Below are positions 20,305 to 29,805 of a stretch of DNA of 64,000 nt, piece after piece. The notes under the pieces were generated by a model. That model was not told the DNA's origin and searched no databases. It worked only from the letters and a program-made list of their open reading frames with translations. The stretch covers positions 99,409 to 163,408 of the forward strand of contig JAJFKG010000006.1 in assembly GCA_021773335.1 (NCBI GenBank). The letters run 5' to 3'. The DNA comes from Gammaproteobacteria bacterium (GTDB taxonomy: Bacteria; Pseudomonadota; Gammaproteobacteria; JAJFKG01). Each line of letters opens with the position of its first letter. The stretch's first letter is position 1. Both the position numbers and the translations under genes were made by a program.

Positions 20305-20820
20305 ATGAGTAACATTCGAGTTTATGTCTCACTAGGCAGCAATATCGAACGTCAGCTTCACATTCATTATGGTCTCAGGCAGTTAACTCGTGCATTTACC
20401 ACAATTATCGTATCCTCTATTTATGAAAGTCCTGCGCAAGGATTTAAGGGCCCAGCTTTTTACAATATGGTCGTTGGTTTTGATACAGAATTAACTATCA
20501 CTGAGCTAAAATCTAAACTTCATCACATTGAACTGAGCTGTGGACGTAACGCTGAAACCCAATCATTTGTTTCACGCACCTTGGACATCGATATCCTGCT
20601 GTACGGTGATTTAATCGAATATTGTAGAGATTATGAAATCCCTCGCAGCGATATTGTAAAATATGACTTTGTACTCTGTCCCTTGGCCGAAGTTGCGGGA
20701 CAAGCCTATCATCCGCAACTTAAACTCTCTTATGCTGACCTATGGCATTCGTTCAACAAAAAAACGTCAACGTTGAAAAAAAAGAGTGACCTTAACGCGG
20801 AGATTGGTGCTATGTGTTAG
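20305..20820 (+). CDS. folK: 2-amino-4-hydroxy-6-hydroxymethyldihydropteridine pyrophosphokinase (HPPK)
   Basis: VYVSLGSNIERQLH...TLDIDILLYGD matches the HPPK family. Confidence 0.85.
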   Translation: MSNIRVYVSLGSNIERQLHIHYGLRQLTRAFTTIIVSSIYESPAQGFKGPAFYNMVVGFDTELTITELKSKLHHIELSCGRNAETQSFVSRTLDIDILLYGDLIEYCRDYEIPRSDIVKYDFVLCPLAEVAGQAYHPQLKLSYADLWHSFNKKTSTLKKKSDLNAEIGAMC

Positions 20821-20822
20821 TT

Positions 20823-21560
20823 CTAATATCTGCCTCCAGATACACACAGTGTCTCCCCCGTTACATAATTCGCATCCGCCACTAAAAATTTCACTGCATT
20901 CGCAATGTCCTCTGCACTGCCATGCCGCTGCAGCGCCGTGCGCTGAATAATTTTTTGTTTAACTGCATCGGTTAAAGCATTATGTTCTTCCGGCCATGCT
21001 ACTGCACCTGGAGCAACTGCATTGACGCGCACATCAGGCGCAAATTCCTTAGCCAAAGACTTAGTTAACATATCCAAACCTGCCTTCGCTATACAATAAA
21101 CTGTATGCTGCTTTAATGGCATACGCGCGTGAATATCACTGATATTGACGATGCAACCTTGGCAAACCCGTAGCAGAGCAAATAAGCCTTGAGACAGAAA
21201 AAATGGCCCGGTGACATTGCTGCCCACTAACTCTTGCCACTGTTGCTGAGTCACACTACCGAGTGGTGTCGGATAAAAAGTTGAAGCATTATTGACTAAC
21301 ACATTTAAATGCGAATAATTTTGTTTAAGAGTACTAATCAATTTATCAACCTCAGCTAAATCCATTAGGTCAGCGCAGATCAATTCCGCCGAATTTTCAC
21401 GCTGCGCATTGAGTTCTGCTGCCAAACATTGCGCGTCAGCGAGCGAACTACGATAATGAATAATGACGTTAAAACCCTGTGCATGTAATTGGCGTATAAT
21501 TGCAGCACCTACCCGACGCGCAGCCCCTGTCACTAGTGCAATTCGCGTTTGACTGTTCAT
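20823..21560 (-). CDS. folM: pteridine reductase / dihydromonapterin reductase-like SDR (FolM/PTR1 family)
   Basis: IALVTGAARRVGAAIIRQL...HYRSS compares with E. coli FolM (ILITGGGRRIGLAL...SYRT). It is convergent with folK. Confidence 0.65.
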   Translation of the reverse strand: MNSQTRIALVTGAARRVGAAIIRQLHAQGFNVIIHYRSSLADAQCLAAELNAQRENSAELICADLMDLAEVDKLISTLKQNYSHLNVLVNNASTFYPTPLGSVTQQQWQELVGSNVTGPFFLSQGLFALLRVCQGCIVNISDIHARMPLKQHTVYCIAKAGLDMLTKSLAKEFAPDVRVNAVAPGAVAWPEEHNALTDAVKQKIIQRTALQRHGSAEDIANAVKFLVADANYVTGETLCVSGGRY

Positions 21561-21634
21561 ATGATGTTAAAACCTTGTGGAATATGGCAAAAATTTAGCT
21601 ATAATAGCGCAAATTTAACTAAGAAAACACTGTC

Positions 21635-22828
21635 ATGGCTACAACCGCCGATACCCCATTGCCGGCCCCCAGTACGCAAGCATTGCAGCATTGCGAAAAC
21701 TTGGTTGCGCATATTCGTCACGCCATCGCTGAGAATGCTGGTGCTATTTCATTTGCGCGTTATATGGAACTAGCGCTTTACGCGCCTGGGCTTGGTTATT
21801 ACAGCGCAGGTAGCGAAAAGTTCGGACCACACGGCGACTTTATAACAGCGCCTGAACTATCTCCCTTATTCTCACACTGTATTGCCGAGCAATGTCGCCA
21901 GGTGCTAAACATGTCTACTCAGACAGCACCAATGCAGGATATCTTAGAGTTTGGCGCAGGCCATGGCAACATGGCAGCTGATATTTTGTTAGCTCTACAA
22001 CAAAATGAAACTCTGCCAAAACACTATTACATTATCGAACCCAGCCCAGACTTACAACAACGCCAACACGCCACTATCAACGACAAATGTCCTGATCTTC
22101 TCCCCTATATAACTTGGCTACATGAACTGCCGCAAACTTTTTGTGGAGTCATACTTGCCAATGAAGTCCTCGATGCAATGCCTATCCACTTATTTCAATT
22201 GAGAAATGGCGAAAGTTATTCCCGCACAGTCATATGGGATACGGAGCAGAAAATTTTTGCCTATAAAAATACTCCTATAAGCCATCCACCATTACGTGCG
22301 AGAGTTACCCAATTAGCTGAAAACTATCCTTATCTAGCCACTATGGAAAACTTCACATCTGAAATTAATCTATTAGCACCTGCCTGGATAAAGAGTGTTA
22401 GTCAATGCCTCGAACGAGGTATTGTTTTATTGATTGACTATGGATTCCCCGCACATGAGTATTATCATCCGCAACGCCAGCATGGCACACTCATGTGTCA
22501 TTATCGTCATCGCGCCCACAGCGACCCTTTTTTATACCCTGGGTTGCAAGATATAACCGCACACGTCGACTTCACGGCAATTGCTCAAGCTGCAGTAGAC
22601 AATCAGCTAGAAGTTGCAGGCTTTTGTAACCAAGCGGCTTTTTTACTGTCGTGTGGTATCGCAGATGCCATGTTAACAGGCACACCACAAATTGATTTTA
22701 AACAGCAAGTTATGCAATTAACTTCACCCAATGCAATGGGCGAATTATTTAAAGTGATGGCGTTAACACGCAATATTGAAACACCCTTACTGGGATTTAA
22801 TTTGCAAGATATGTTGCATCGGTTATAG
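21635..22828 (+). CDS. class I SAM-dependent methyltransferase, MidA/NDUFAF7 (DUF185) family
   Basis: 397 aa with ...SFARYMELALYAPGLGYYSAGSEKFGPHGDFITAPELSPLF...EFGAGHG, the diagnostic DUF185 N-terminal region. Confidence 0.8.
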   Translation: MATTADTPLPAPSTQALQHCENLVAHIRHAIAENAGAISFARYMELALYAPGLGYYSAGSEKFGPHGDFITAPELSPLFSHCIAEQCRQVLNMSTQTAPMQDILEFGAGHGNMAADILLALQQNETLPKHYYIIEPSPDLQQRQHATINDKCPDLLPYITWLHELPQTFCGVILANEVLDAMPIHLFQLRNGESYSRTVIWDTEQKIFAYKNTPISHPPLRARVTQLAENYPYLATMENFTSEINLLAPAWIKSVSQCLERGIVLLIDYGFPAHEYYHPQRQHGTLMCHYRHRAHSDPFLYPGLQDITAHVDFTAIAQAAVDNQLEVAGFCNQAAFLLSCGIADAMLTGTPQIDFKQQVMQLTSPNAMGELFKVMALTRNIETPLLGFNLQDMLHRL

Positions 22829-22869
22829 AATATCACACCATATGAATAACCTAACCTTGGGCACCTAAA

Positions 22870-23379
22870 ATGACTCGCTTAACGACAATCGAACTCTACA
22901 AAGAAAAGATGAAATTCTCAGCAGGGCATTTCACCATTTTTTCTGCCAATCACCGTGAACCTTTACACGGCCATAATTACACAGTCTATGCGGCAATCAC
23001 AACCCGTGTTAATGACAATGGCTTGACCTTTGATTACCGTATTTTTAAGCAACGTTTATGTGAATTATGCAAAGCGTTAAATAGCACATTTTTACTACCC
23101 CAGCATTCTCCGCATATGAACATAAAAGAAGATGGAGATTATTATTATTGTCACTTTGCTAATGAAAAATTACCTTTCTTAAAAAAAGATGTAACACTGC
23201 TTCCCATTGCTAACGTAACCGTTGAAGAACTGTCACATCTACTACTGCAGCGTTTACTCGACGACAATGACAATCTTGAAAAATATGCAATTCAAGCAAT
23301 TACCATTAAAGTGTTTTCTGGCCCTGGTCAAAATGGCTCTAGCACTTGGGAAAACCTCGATAAAGGAACACAAGTGTGA
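22870..23379 (+). CDS. 6-pyruvoyl-tetrahydropterin synthase (PTPS/QueD) family protein
   Basis: KFSAGHF...EPLHGHNYTV zinc-binding His triad of PTPS/QueD. No Cys is present at the usual catalytic position. Confidence 0.75.
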   Translation: MTRLTTIELYKEKMKFSAGHFTIFSANHREPLHGHNYTVYAAITTRVNDNGLTFDYRIFKQRLCELCKALNSTFLLPQHSPHMNIKEDGDYYYCHFANEKLPFLKKDVTLLPIANVTVEELSHLLLQRLLDDNDNLEKYAIQAITIKVFSGPGQNGSSTWENLDKGTQV

Positions 23380-24080
23380 CCAAGCTATTAGTAATTAGTG
23401 GGGCGAGTCGAGGCATAGGTAAAGCAACGGCAGCAACCTTCCATAAGCAAGGCTGGGATGTTGTTAACCTTTCACGCCATGTGTGTGACCTTCGGTATGT
23501 AAAAAACATTCAAGTTGACTTTAGCGATCCGCGCGGTATCAGCTCTAAGCAAACTGATTTACTAACCGCCATACAGGGTGCTGCTCAGATTACTTTGGTA
23601 CATAACGCCGCCATGTATGTTACCGATAACGTGCGTGATTTGGATAGCGTTAGTTTACGTAAAGTCTTAGAAATTAATATTGTTGCGCCGACAATACTCA
23701 ATAACTTATTAATTCCTATAATGCCAACAAATTCAGCAATTATTTACATAGGCTCCACTCTCGCTGAAAAGGCCGTCACGAATGTCGCTTCATACTGTAC
23801 CAGCAAGCATGCGCTAGCAGGCTTAATGAAAGCAACTTGCCAAGACTTAGCCAGTAGTGGCATCCATACGTGTTGTATTTGTCCAGGTTTTACTGATACA
23901 GAAATGCTACATGAACATCTACAGCATGATGCAGCAATACTTGAAGCCGTTAAGCAACGCAGCGCTGCTAGGCGCTTCGTCCAACCTGAAGAGATCGCGC
24001 AAACGATTTATTTTGCTGCCACAAATCCTGTCATTAACGGTGCCATGATTCATGCTAATCTTGGACAAATTGAAAATTAA
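23376..24080 (+). CDS. short-chain dehydrogenase/reductase (possible sepiapterin/pterin reductase-like)
   Basis: LLVISGASRGIGKATA Rossmann motif and the YxxxK-type SDR core. It overlaps the PTPS-family gene by 4 nt. Confidence 0.75.
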   Translation: MTKLLVISGASRGIGKATAATFHKQGWDVVNLSRHVCDLRYVKNIQVDFSDPRGISSKQTDLLTAIQGAAQITLVHNAAMYVTDNVRDLDSVSLRKVLEINIVAPTILNNLLIPIMPTNSAIIYIGSTLAEKAVTNVASYCTSKHALAGLMKATCQDLASSGIHTCCICPGFTDTEMLHEHLQHDAAILEAVKQRSAARRFVQPEEIAQTIYFAATNPVINGAMIHANLGQIEN

Positions 24081-24114
24081 AAACTTATTGTCCACATAGT
24101 CATTTATCCCATGC

Positions 24115-25374
24115 TTAACTCGCACTACTAGGCTTGCAGTAAGTTTCTTTTAGTAGCATTATGCAGAACAATCCAACAAGAAAACAAGCAGGAATGATTA
24201 ATAAGGCCCACTGATATTCGTATATTGTATATTGAATTAAGCCACCCATGACTGCTGTGCGACTGGCCTTAAGATGCAGCAAATAGGCCGTCATGGGTTG
24301 CAGTATCGGTGCCCATATCATACAAATCATATTAGTAAAACCGATGGCTGTAGCACGCACATTGCTCGCGAATAATTCACTCGCAATTGCAAAATTCAAG
24401 ATATAAACACTACAAAACAGGCCCAACAAGAAATACAGTACACCGGCCCATGCAAAGGGAACATGACTTGAAAAAATAATAAAACAAAAAACAATAATAC
24501 TGCTAAACACCCCCACTATAAGTGGAGGTTTGCGCCTTCCAATTTTTGTTGACAACCAACCAGCAAAAGGGCTACCAACAGCAATACCAAAAAATATCAT
24601 CGAATTTAGCAATGCAATTTGTGTTTCACTATGTCGCGGATAAGCCAACTTTAAATAAGGCACACTCCAAAGCGCAGCAAAAACGGTGACTGTAATAAAC
24701 ATCATACCATTGTAGGTTGCATTCAACCACGCTTGACCCTTTGACATGACGTGTTTAAGGGCGACACCTACAGACAGCTTCTCTTCTGCGTGAACCACCT
24801 GTTTTTTTATATCATCACGAATGATCAGCCACATTAACAGGGCAATAATACTCGCAATAACGCCACATCCAAACATCGCATCGCGCCAACCCACTCTAGC
24901 AACAACTTCAGCAAAAATGGTCTCACCGCCTCCCGCACCCAACATACCAACCATTTCAGCTAAACCGATCACAAAAGCAAATTGCTTTGCTGGAAACAGC
25001 ACAGAAACAGTATACATCATGCCGACAAAACCAAAGGCCGCGCCCGCCCCCATCAGGATGCGCGCAAGTTCAGCAATCGTAATTGTCCCTGCCAAGGCGA
25101 AGGTAAAACACCCTAAGGCACAAATCGATGTGCTAATAGTTAATACTTTGCGAATTGGAAAGTGATCGAAAAACAATCCTACCGGAATTTGCATAGCCGC
25201 ATAGACATAAAAAAAAACTGCCGTTAGGGTACCCATCCCCATGACATTGATGGAAAAATCATGCATCAAACCGTCAGCCATTACTCCTGAAGATACTTGC
25301 AAAAAAAATTGAAATAAAACAAAGCTAACCGTCACCGCCCACACTAACCAGGGGTAATAACGGTGACTAGTCAT
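24115..25374 (-). CDS. MFS transporter, Pht-like subfamily, copy 3
   Basis: Paralogous to 16029..17378 and 17381..18700 (YPWLVWAVTVSFVLFQF...LDHFPIRKVL). The start is set at MTSHRYYPW; the ORF is open to 25410. Confidence 0.8.
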   Translation of the reverse strand: MTSHRYYPWLVWAVTVSFVLFQFFLQVSSGVMADGLMHDFSINVMGMGTLTAVFFYVYAAMQIPVGLFFDHFPIRKVLTISTSICALGCFTFALAGTITIAELARILMGAGAAFGFVGMMYTVSVLFPAKQFAFVIGLAEMVGMLGAGGGETIFAEVVARVGWRDAMFGCGVIASIIALLMWLIIRDDIKKQVVHAEEKLSVGVALKHVMSKGQAWLNATYNGMMFITVTVFAALWSVPYLKLAYPRHSETQIALLNSMIFFGIAVGSPFAGWLSTKIGRRKPPLIVGVFSSIIVFCFIIFSSHVPFAWAGVLYFLLGLFCSVYILNFAIASELFASNVRATAIGFTNMICMIWAPILQPMTAYLLHLKASRTAVMGGLIQYTIYEYQWALLIIPACFLVGLFCIMLLKETYCKPSSAS

Positions 25375-25433
25375 CTTATTGTGCTGTAATTCGCGTTGTG
25401 CTTCAACCACTATAACTGACTCACGTTAACTTT

Positions 25434-25703
25434 TTATACGCTACGCGTTAAATTTGAATGATGAATTAACCAATAAATGGCAGCGGTGAAAACGCCGCCA
25501 ATCAATGTTGCAAATGCCCACGTTACTCCTGAAACAAGGCAGGTAGTTTGCCCTACTTTAGATAATTTCCCAGAATCTTTTGCCACTGCACCTGCAAAAA
25601 TAACATGTAAAATTGCCGTGATGACTAACAGTAGCTGTGACAATGTTTCCATTTGCGAAGACAAATTTGGCCCAAAAAAATGTTGTAAACTCGCCATGTC
25701 CAT
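25434..25703 (-). CDS. small hypothetical membrane protein (89 aa, 2 predicted TM)
   Basis: ORF with two hydrophobic segments. It is tightly stacked between 25706..25966 and the MFS gene. Confidence 0.45.
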   Translation of the reverse strand: MDMASLQHFFGPNLSSQMETLSQLLLVITAILHVIFAGAVAKDSGKLSKVGQTTCLVSGVTWAFATLIGGVFTAAIYWLIHHSNLTRSV

Positions 25704-25705
25704 AC

Positions 25706-25966
25706 TTACGTCCTTGGCTCAGCTTGATTGACTAGATGCACGCGAATAACTCGCATATGTTCCTGAATACGAAAAATCGCAATGACAAATTCGCAAATAA
25801 AGCGTAAGGTGATTGGTGCAAATATTAACACTTGCAGCCCTAATGATATCTGCTGACTACGAAAATCGATGACAACCGTCCACACAATGAGGACTAACCC
25901 TAGCCAAAAAACTAGTTTTACTATCGCTGGGCCCAACATTTTTCGAAATGCAAAGATATCACGCAT
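25706..25966 (-). CDS. small hypothetical membrane protein (86 aa; N-terminus MRDIFAFRKMLGPAIVKLVFWLG resembles DUF4282-type small proteins)
   Basis: ORF with two hydrophobic segments. It is the first gene of an apparent three-gene minus-strand unit; the family assignment comes from memory only. Confidence 0.45.
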   Translation of the reverse strand: MRDIFAFRKMLGPAIVKLVFWLGLVLIVWTVVIDFRSQQISLGLQVLIFAPITLRFICEFVIAIFRIQEHMRVIRVHLVNQAEPRT

Positions 25967-26099
25967 ATTACTCTCCCTATCTACTCACTCAGCATTACTA
26001 CGGCTCATATCGTGGAACAGTATATCACTGTTAACGTTCCGCTCACCATCAAGTCAGGGTATAATGTGCCAATTTTCACAGCACCAGTTGGGAGTTCAT

Positions 26100-27395
26100 A
26101 TGCCGACAAGCAATGTCACCAAGATACCTCATTTAATCACAGCACAAGAAGGGCCGCTACAAGACCTGGAGCGTTTGCTATTGCAAAAGCAAGTCAAGAT
26201 AGAGACTTGGTTTCGTCAACAGTGGCGACAAAATCCAGCCCCAATATACGGCTCAGTTGATTTGCGTAATGCAGGCTTTAAACTGGCGCCTGTAGATACT
26301 AACTTATTCCCCGCTGGCTTTAACAATCTCAATGAAGAGTTGCTCTCCTTGGGTATCGAAGCAGCTAGTAGCACGCTTGGGCAAAATTACCCCCATGTCG
26401 ATAAAATTACGTTAATTCCAGAAAATCACACACGTAATATGCACTATCTCGAAAGCTTAGCCATGTTACAGCGTATTTTTTCTAGTGCAGGTTACGAGGT
26501 TCGTATTGGTTCCTTGCTTCCCGAACTCAAAGGCAAGAGTAAGGCCTTCCCGCTTCCTTCTGGACGCGAAATCACCTTATACGGCGTACAACGAAGCGGT
26601 GACAAGCTTACTTTGGGCGAATTCATCCCTGATCTACTTATCCTCAATAATGATTTGACGGGAGGAACACCTGAGTTATTGAAAAATCTAGAACAACCTA
26701 TCACCCCACCGCCAAGCATTGGTTGGTCATCACGTCTGAAATCTATTCATTTCACACACTACCAAAACATTGCTTCAGAGTTTGCTGATTTAATTAATCT
26801 TGATCCTTGGTTTATAACACCCATTTTTAGTAATTGTGGCGAAGTCGATTTTATGAAACGCGAAGGTGAAGAGTGCTTAATAAGCAAAACTCAAAGCTTA
26901 TTACAATCCGTACAACAGAAATATGATGCGAATAATATTTCAGAAAAACCTTTTGCTGTTATTAAAGCAGATGCTGGGACGTATGGCATGAGTGTGATGA
27001 TGGTTCAAAATGCGGAAGAGATCAGCGCCCTCAATCGTAAAGAACGCGCACGTATGGCAGCATCAAAAGGCAAACAAGCTGTTAACAAAGTCATTATCCA
27101 AGAAGGTGTTTATACGTTCGAAACCTGGGGTGAAGAAGAAGCTGTCACAGAACCTGTTGTCTACATGCTCGGCCATCATGTGATAGGTGGTTTTTATCGG
27201 GTACACACTGGACGCTCTCGTAATGAAAATCTTAATGCACCAGGCATGCATTTTGAGCCATTGGCATTTGCAAAAGGTTGCAACATTCCAAGTAAATTAT
27301 GCACTCCAAATGATTGCAATAATCGCTTTTACGCTTACGGTGTTGTTGCGCGTTTGGCTCTATTAGCTGCCGCCCGCGAGTTAACTTCAAGTTAA
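26100..27395 (+). CDS. gshA: glutamate--cysteine ligase, rare proteobacterial (Thiobacillus ferrooxidans-type, about 430 aa) family
   Basis: 432 aa, immediately upstream of gshB and co-oriented with it. It is not E. coli-type (no GVHYNFS block) and matches the short GshA lineage in length and layout. ATG at 26100 has a GGGAG SD 7 nt upstream and TATAAT at 26060; the 5' extension in the ORF track is rejected. Confidence 0.6.
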   Translation: MPTSNVTKIPHLITAQEGPLQDLERLLLQKQVKIETWFRQQWRQNPAPIYGSVDLRNAGFKLAPVDTNLFPAGFNNLNEELLSLGIEAASSTLGQNYPHVDKITLIPENHTRNMHYLESLAMLQRIFSSAGYEVRIGSLLPELKGKSKAFPLPSGREITLYGVQRSGDKLTLGEFIPDLLILNNDLTGGTPELLKNLEQPITPPPSIGWSSRLKSIHFTHYQNIASEFADLINLDPWFITPIFSNCGEVDFMKREGEECLISKTQSLLQSVQQKYDANNISEKPFAVIKADAGTYGMSVMMVQNAEEISALNRKERARMAASKGKQAVNKVIIQEGVYTFETWGEEEAVTEPVVYMLGHHVIGGFYRVHTGRSRNENLNAPGMHFEPLAFAKGCNIPSKLCTPNDCNNRFYAYGVVARLALLAAARELTSS

Positions 27396-27405
27396 AGGAA
27401 CGTTT

Positions 27406-28383
27406 ATGCCAAAAAAATTAAAATTAGGCGTCGTGATGGATCCAATTGCAGCAATCAATATCCAAAAGGATTCAACTTTTGCCATGTTGCTCGAAGCACA
27501 ACGCCGCAAATGGCACATTCATTATATGCTTAGTCATGATTTATCGTTGCGCGATGGTAAAGCTTGGGCGCGTATGGCGCCTTTAAGCGTTAAAGATAAC
27601 CCGAAAAATTGGTATCGGTTAAGTGAATCGACACAACAACCGCTAAATACACTTGATGTTATCCTCATGCGTAAAGACCCACCCATTGGCATGGACTACA
27701 TGCATGCAACCTATATTCTAGAGCAAGCTGAACATGAAGGTGTATCTATTATTAATCGTCCCCAAGCATTACGTGATGCCAATGAAAAGCTATATACTGC
27801 CTGGTTTGCACATTGCTGCCCGCCAACGTTAGTCGCCGCTGATAAGCAGCAACTTCGCGATTTTTTACAACAAGAAAAAGATATTATTGTAAAGCCACTT
27901 GATGGCATGGGTGGTGTATCTATATTTCGTTTACAGTTCAATGACCCTAACGTTAACGTTATTCTGGAAACCTTGACCCACAATGGTAAAACCCAAATCA
28001 TGGCGCAACGTTATATTCCCGAAATCAGTGAAGGCGACAAAAGAATATTGTTAATCGACGGCGAGCCAATCCCTTATGGCTTAGCGCGTATCGCTGCACC
28101 CGGTGAAACGCGCGCAAACCTTGCGACCGGCGGCCATGGTGTGGGCATTGAGTTGAGTGAACGTGACTTATGGATAAGTCATCAAGTTGGCGCAAAGCTC
28201 AAGGATGAAGGGTTAATTTTTGCGGGCTTGGATATTATTGGTAATTATTTAACTGAAATCAATGTCACCAGCCCAACCTGTATACGTGAAATTGATGCGG
28301 CTTTTTCTCTCAATATCGCTGGACAACTTATGGATTGTATCGAGAAAAGAGTTGAAAACAACCCACACCTGCAAAAAGAATAA
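27406..28383 (+). CDS. gshB: glutathione synthetase
   Basis: LGVVMDPIAAINIQKDSTFAMLLEAQRRKWHIHYM is almost identical in pattern to the E. coli GshB N-terminus, and the ATP-grasp C-terminal half is present. Confidence 0.95.
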   Translation: MPKKLKLGVVMDPIAAINIQKDSTFAMLLEAQRRKWHIHYMLSHDLSLRDGKAWARMAPLSVKDNPKNWYRLSESTQQPLNTLDVILMRKDPPIGMDYMHATYILEQAEHEGVSIINRPQALRDANEKLYTAWFAHCCPPTLVAADKQQLRDFLQQEKDIIVKPLDGMGGVSIFRLQFNDPNVNVILETLTHNGKTQIMAQRYIPEISEGDKRILLIDGEPIPYGLARIAAPGETRANLATGGHGVGIELSERDLWISHQVGAKLKDEGLIFAGLDIIGNYLTEINVTSPTCIREIDAAFSLNIAGQLMDCIEKRVENNPHLQKE

Positions 28384-28825
28384 AAAAGATCAGCATCCAA
28401 CTGGGGATCGATAAACCCAAAATATCTAGGGAAATTTTTGCACACTCACCTGTGCCTTGAAATAATTGTTGCACTAAATCTTTAAACGGTAAATGTGCAA
28501 TCATATACTCTAAGCCCGCGCCACAACTCGGCGCTTGATCCGGTGGCAACATTTGCAAGTAAACTTGACGCCCAGAAAACACTGCACCCACAGCCGCAGT
28601 AATAAAAATCAAAACTCCGTAAATACGTGCCCCCGTGGCACCAGGATGATGCAAAGCAGCAAGCAGAAATATCACCGCAATCAGAATTAACACCATGCGC
28701 TGCACTTCACACAAAGGGCATGGCTCAAGCTGTAAATCTAACTGTATAAATAAGGCAGTCCCGAGCAACGCACAACAAAGCAAAAAAGCTAAAGCATTAA
28801 GCATACGGATTGGGTAATTTTTCAT
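28328..28825 (-). CDS. dsbB: disulfide bond formation protein B
   Basis: 165 aa, 4 TM, with the Cys pairs CPLC and C...C (CEVQRMV...). It converges on gshB with a 56-nt 3' overlap. Confidence 0.85.
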   Translation of the reverse strand: MKNYPIRMLNALAFLLCCALLGTALFIQLDLQLEPCPLCEVQRMVLILIAVIFLLAALHHPGATGARIYGVLIFITAAVGAVFSGRQVYLQMLPPDQAPSCGAGLEYMIAHLPFKDLVQQLFQGTGECAKISLDILGLSIPSWMLIFFILFAGVGCFQLFSRYNP

Positions 28826-29034
28826 CTATAACTCTCCAGTACATGGATTTTGATTGACGACTGTACATTTTTCACGCGCACCTGGTAATGTACAAAAAAG
28901 ACGTGTCAAAGTTAACCAATAGTATAAGTCAAAATGTTAAGCCTTGCATATGGCACGATGCATTGATTAGAATCGGCACTTGCTTGCTAACAAGCAGTTC
29001 AAAACAACTCTCTTTAGCCACTGTAGGACAGATT

Positions 29035-29661
29035 ATGCAAAATAAATTTTCAAAAGCTGCTGCTTTATTAGCGATCGCTACGCTCGGTTTCTCTGTATCA
29101 AGTTATGCTGAAACAAAAGCCCCGCAAGTCTCATACAATGGATTCTATATCGGTGCTCAAGGCGGCTACAGTAATGTGCACCCCGACACAAGCGATCCCA
29201 ATAATGCTAGTGCGTCAAGCGTTGAAGGTCAGGGTGTAGGTGGCACAGCCTACGCAGGCTATGAATTTAATAAATTTCTCGCACTAGAAGGTGGCTATGG
29301 GATTTACACGCGTGCTAGGTACAATCGCGTCGGGGGTATTTCCGGTGCAACCGGTCGTCTTCAAGAACAAACTGGTGATTTGGTTGTTAAGGGGATTTTA
29401 CCCATTGTTAAAGGCTTTGGTGTCTACGGAAAAGGTGGTGTAGGCTATGTTGATGCGCGGGGTGAAATGTCACAGATCGGCGAAAACCGTAACTTTAGTA
29501 TCGAAAATGAACATGCGTTTACCGGCGTCTTTGCTGGTGGCGTAGAATACGCTATTACCCCTAATCTTAATATTGAAGCGTCATGGACGCACTATTTGAA
29601 GACAAGTAATACGAATGCGATTGATTTGGGGGCTGTAGGCTTAGACTACCACTTCGGCTAA
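29035..29661 (+). CDS. outer-membrane beta-barrel protein (OmpA-like transmembrane domain / opacity family porin)
   Basis: Signal peptide MQNKFSKAAALLAIATLGFSVSSYA, followed by alternating amphipathic beta-strands rich in G, Y and aromatic residues. The start is set at 29035 rather than the ORF-track 28888. Confidence 0.7.
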   Translation: MQNKFSKAAALLAIATLGFSVSSYAETKAPQVSYNGFYIGAQGGYSNVHPDTSDPNNASASSVEGQGVGGTAYAGYEFNKFLALEGGYGIYTRARYNRVGGISGATGRLQEQTGDLVVKGILPIVKGFGVYGKGGVGYVDARGEMSQIGENRNFSIENEHAFTGVFAGGVEYAITPNLNIEASWTHYLKTSNTNAIDLGAVGLDYHFG

Positions 29662-29805
29662 TTGAGATGTCGTCTTTTGCGCGAGGGCTCTTTATCCTAA
29701 GCTAAGCGCCTTCATAAAAACACCCACTCTCATGGGGCTAACGCCCTATGCAACTGCTTACAGATAACTAGCGAGAAACACGGAAAGAAAAATTTATTTA
29801 AAAAG

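Noticed and set aside
25869-26099. 5' extension of the gshA ORF (508 aa in the ORF track)
   Set aside because: The extension has no ligase homology and is rich in rare residues. An internal ATG at 26100 has a strong GGGAG SD and a TATAAT box inside the putative extension.
28888-29034. 5' extension of the outer-membrane protein ORF
   Set aside because: A typical signal peptide begins at the internal Met (29035). The upstream 49 codons are not signal-like.
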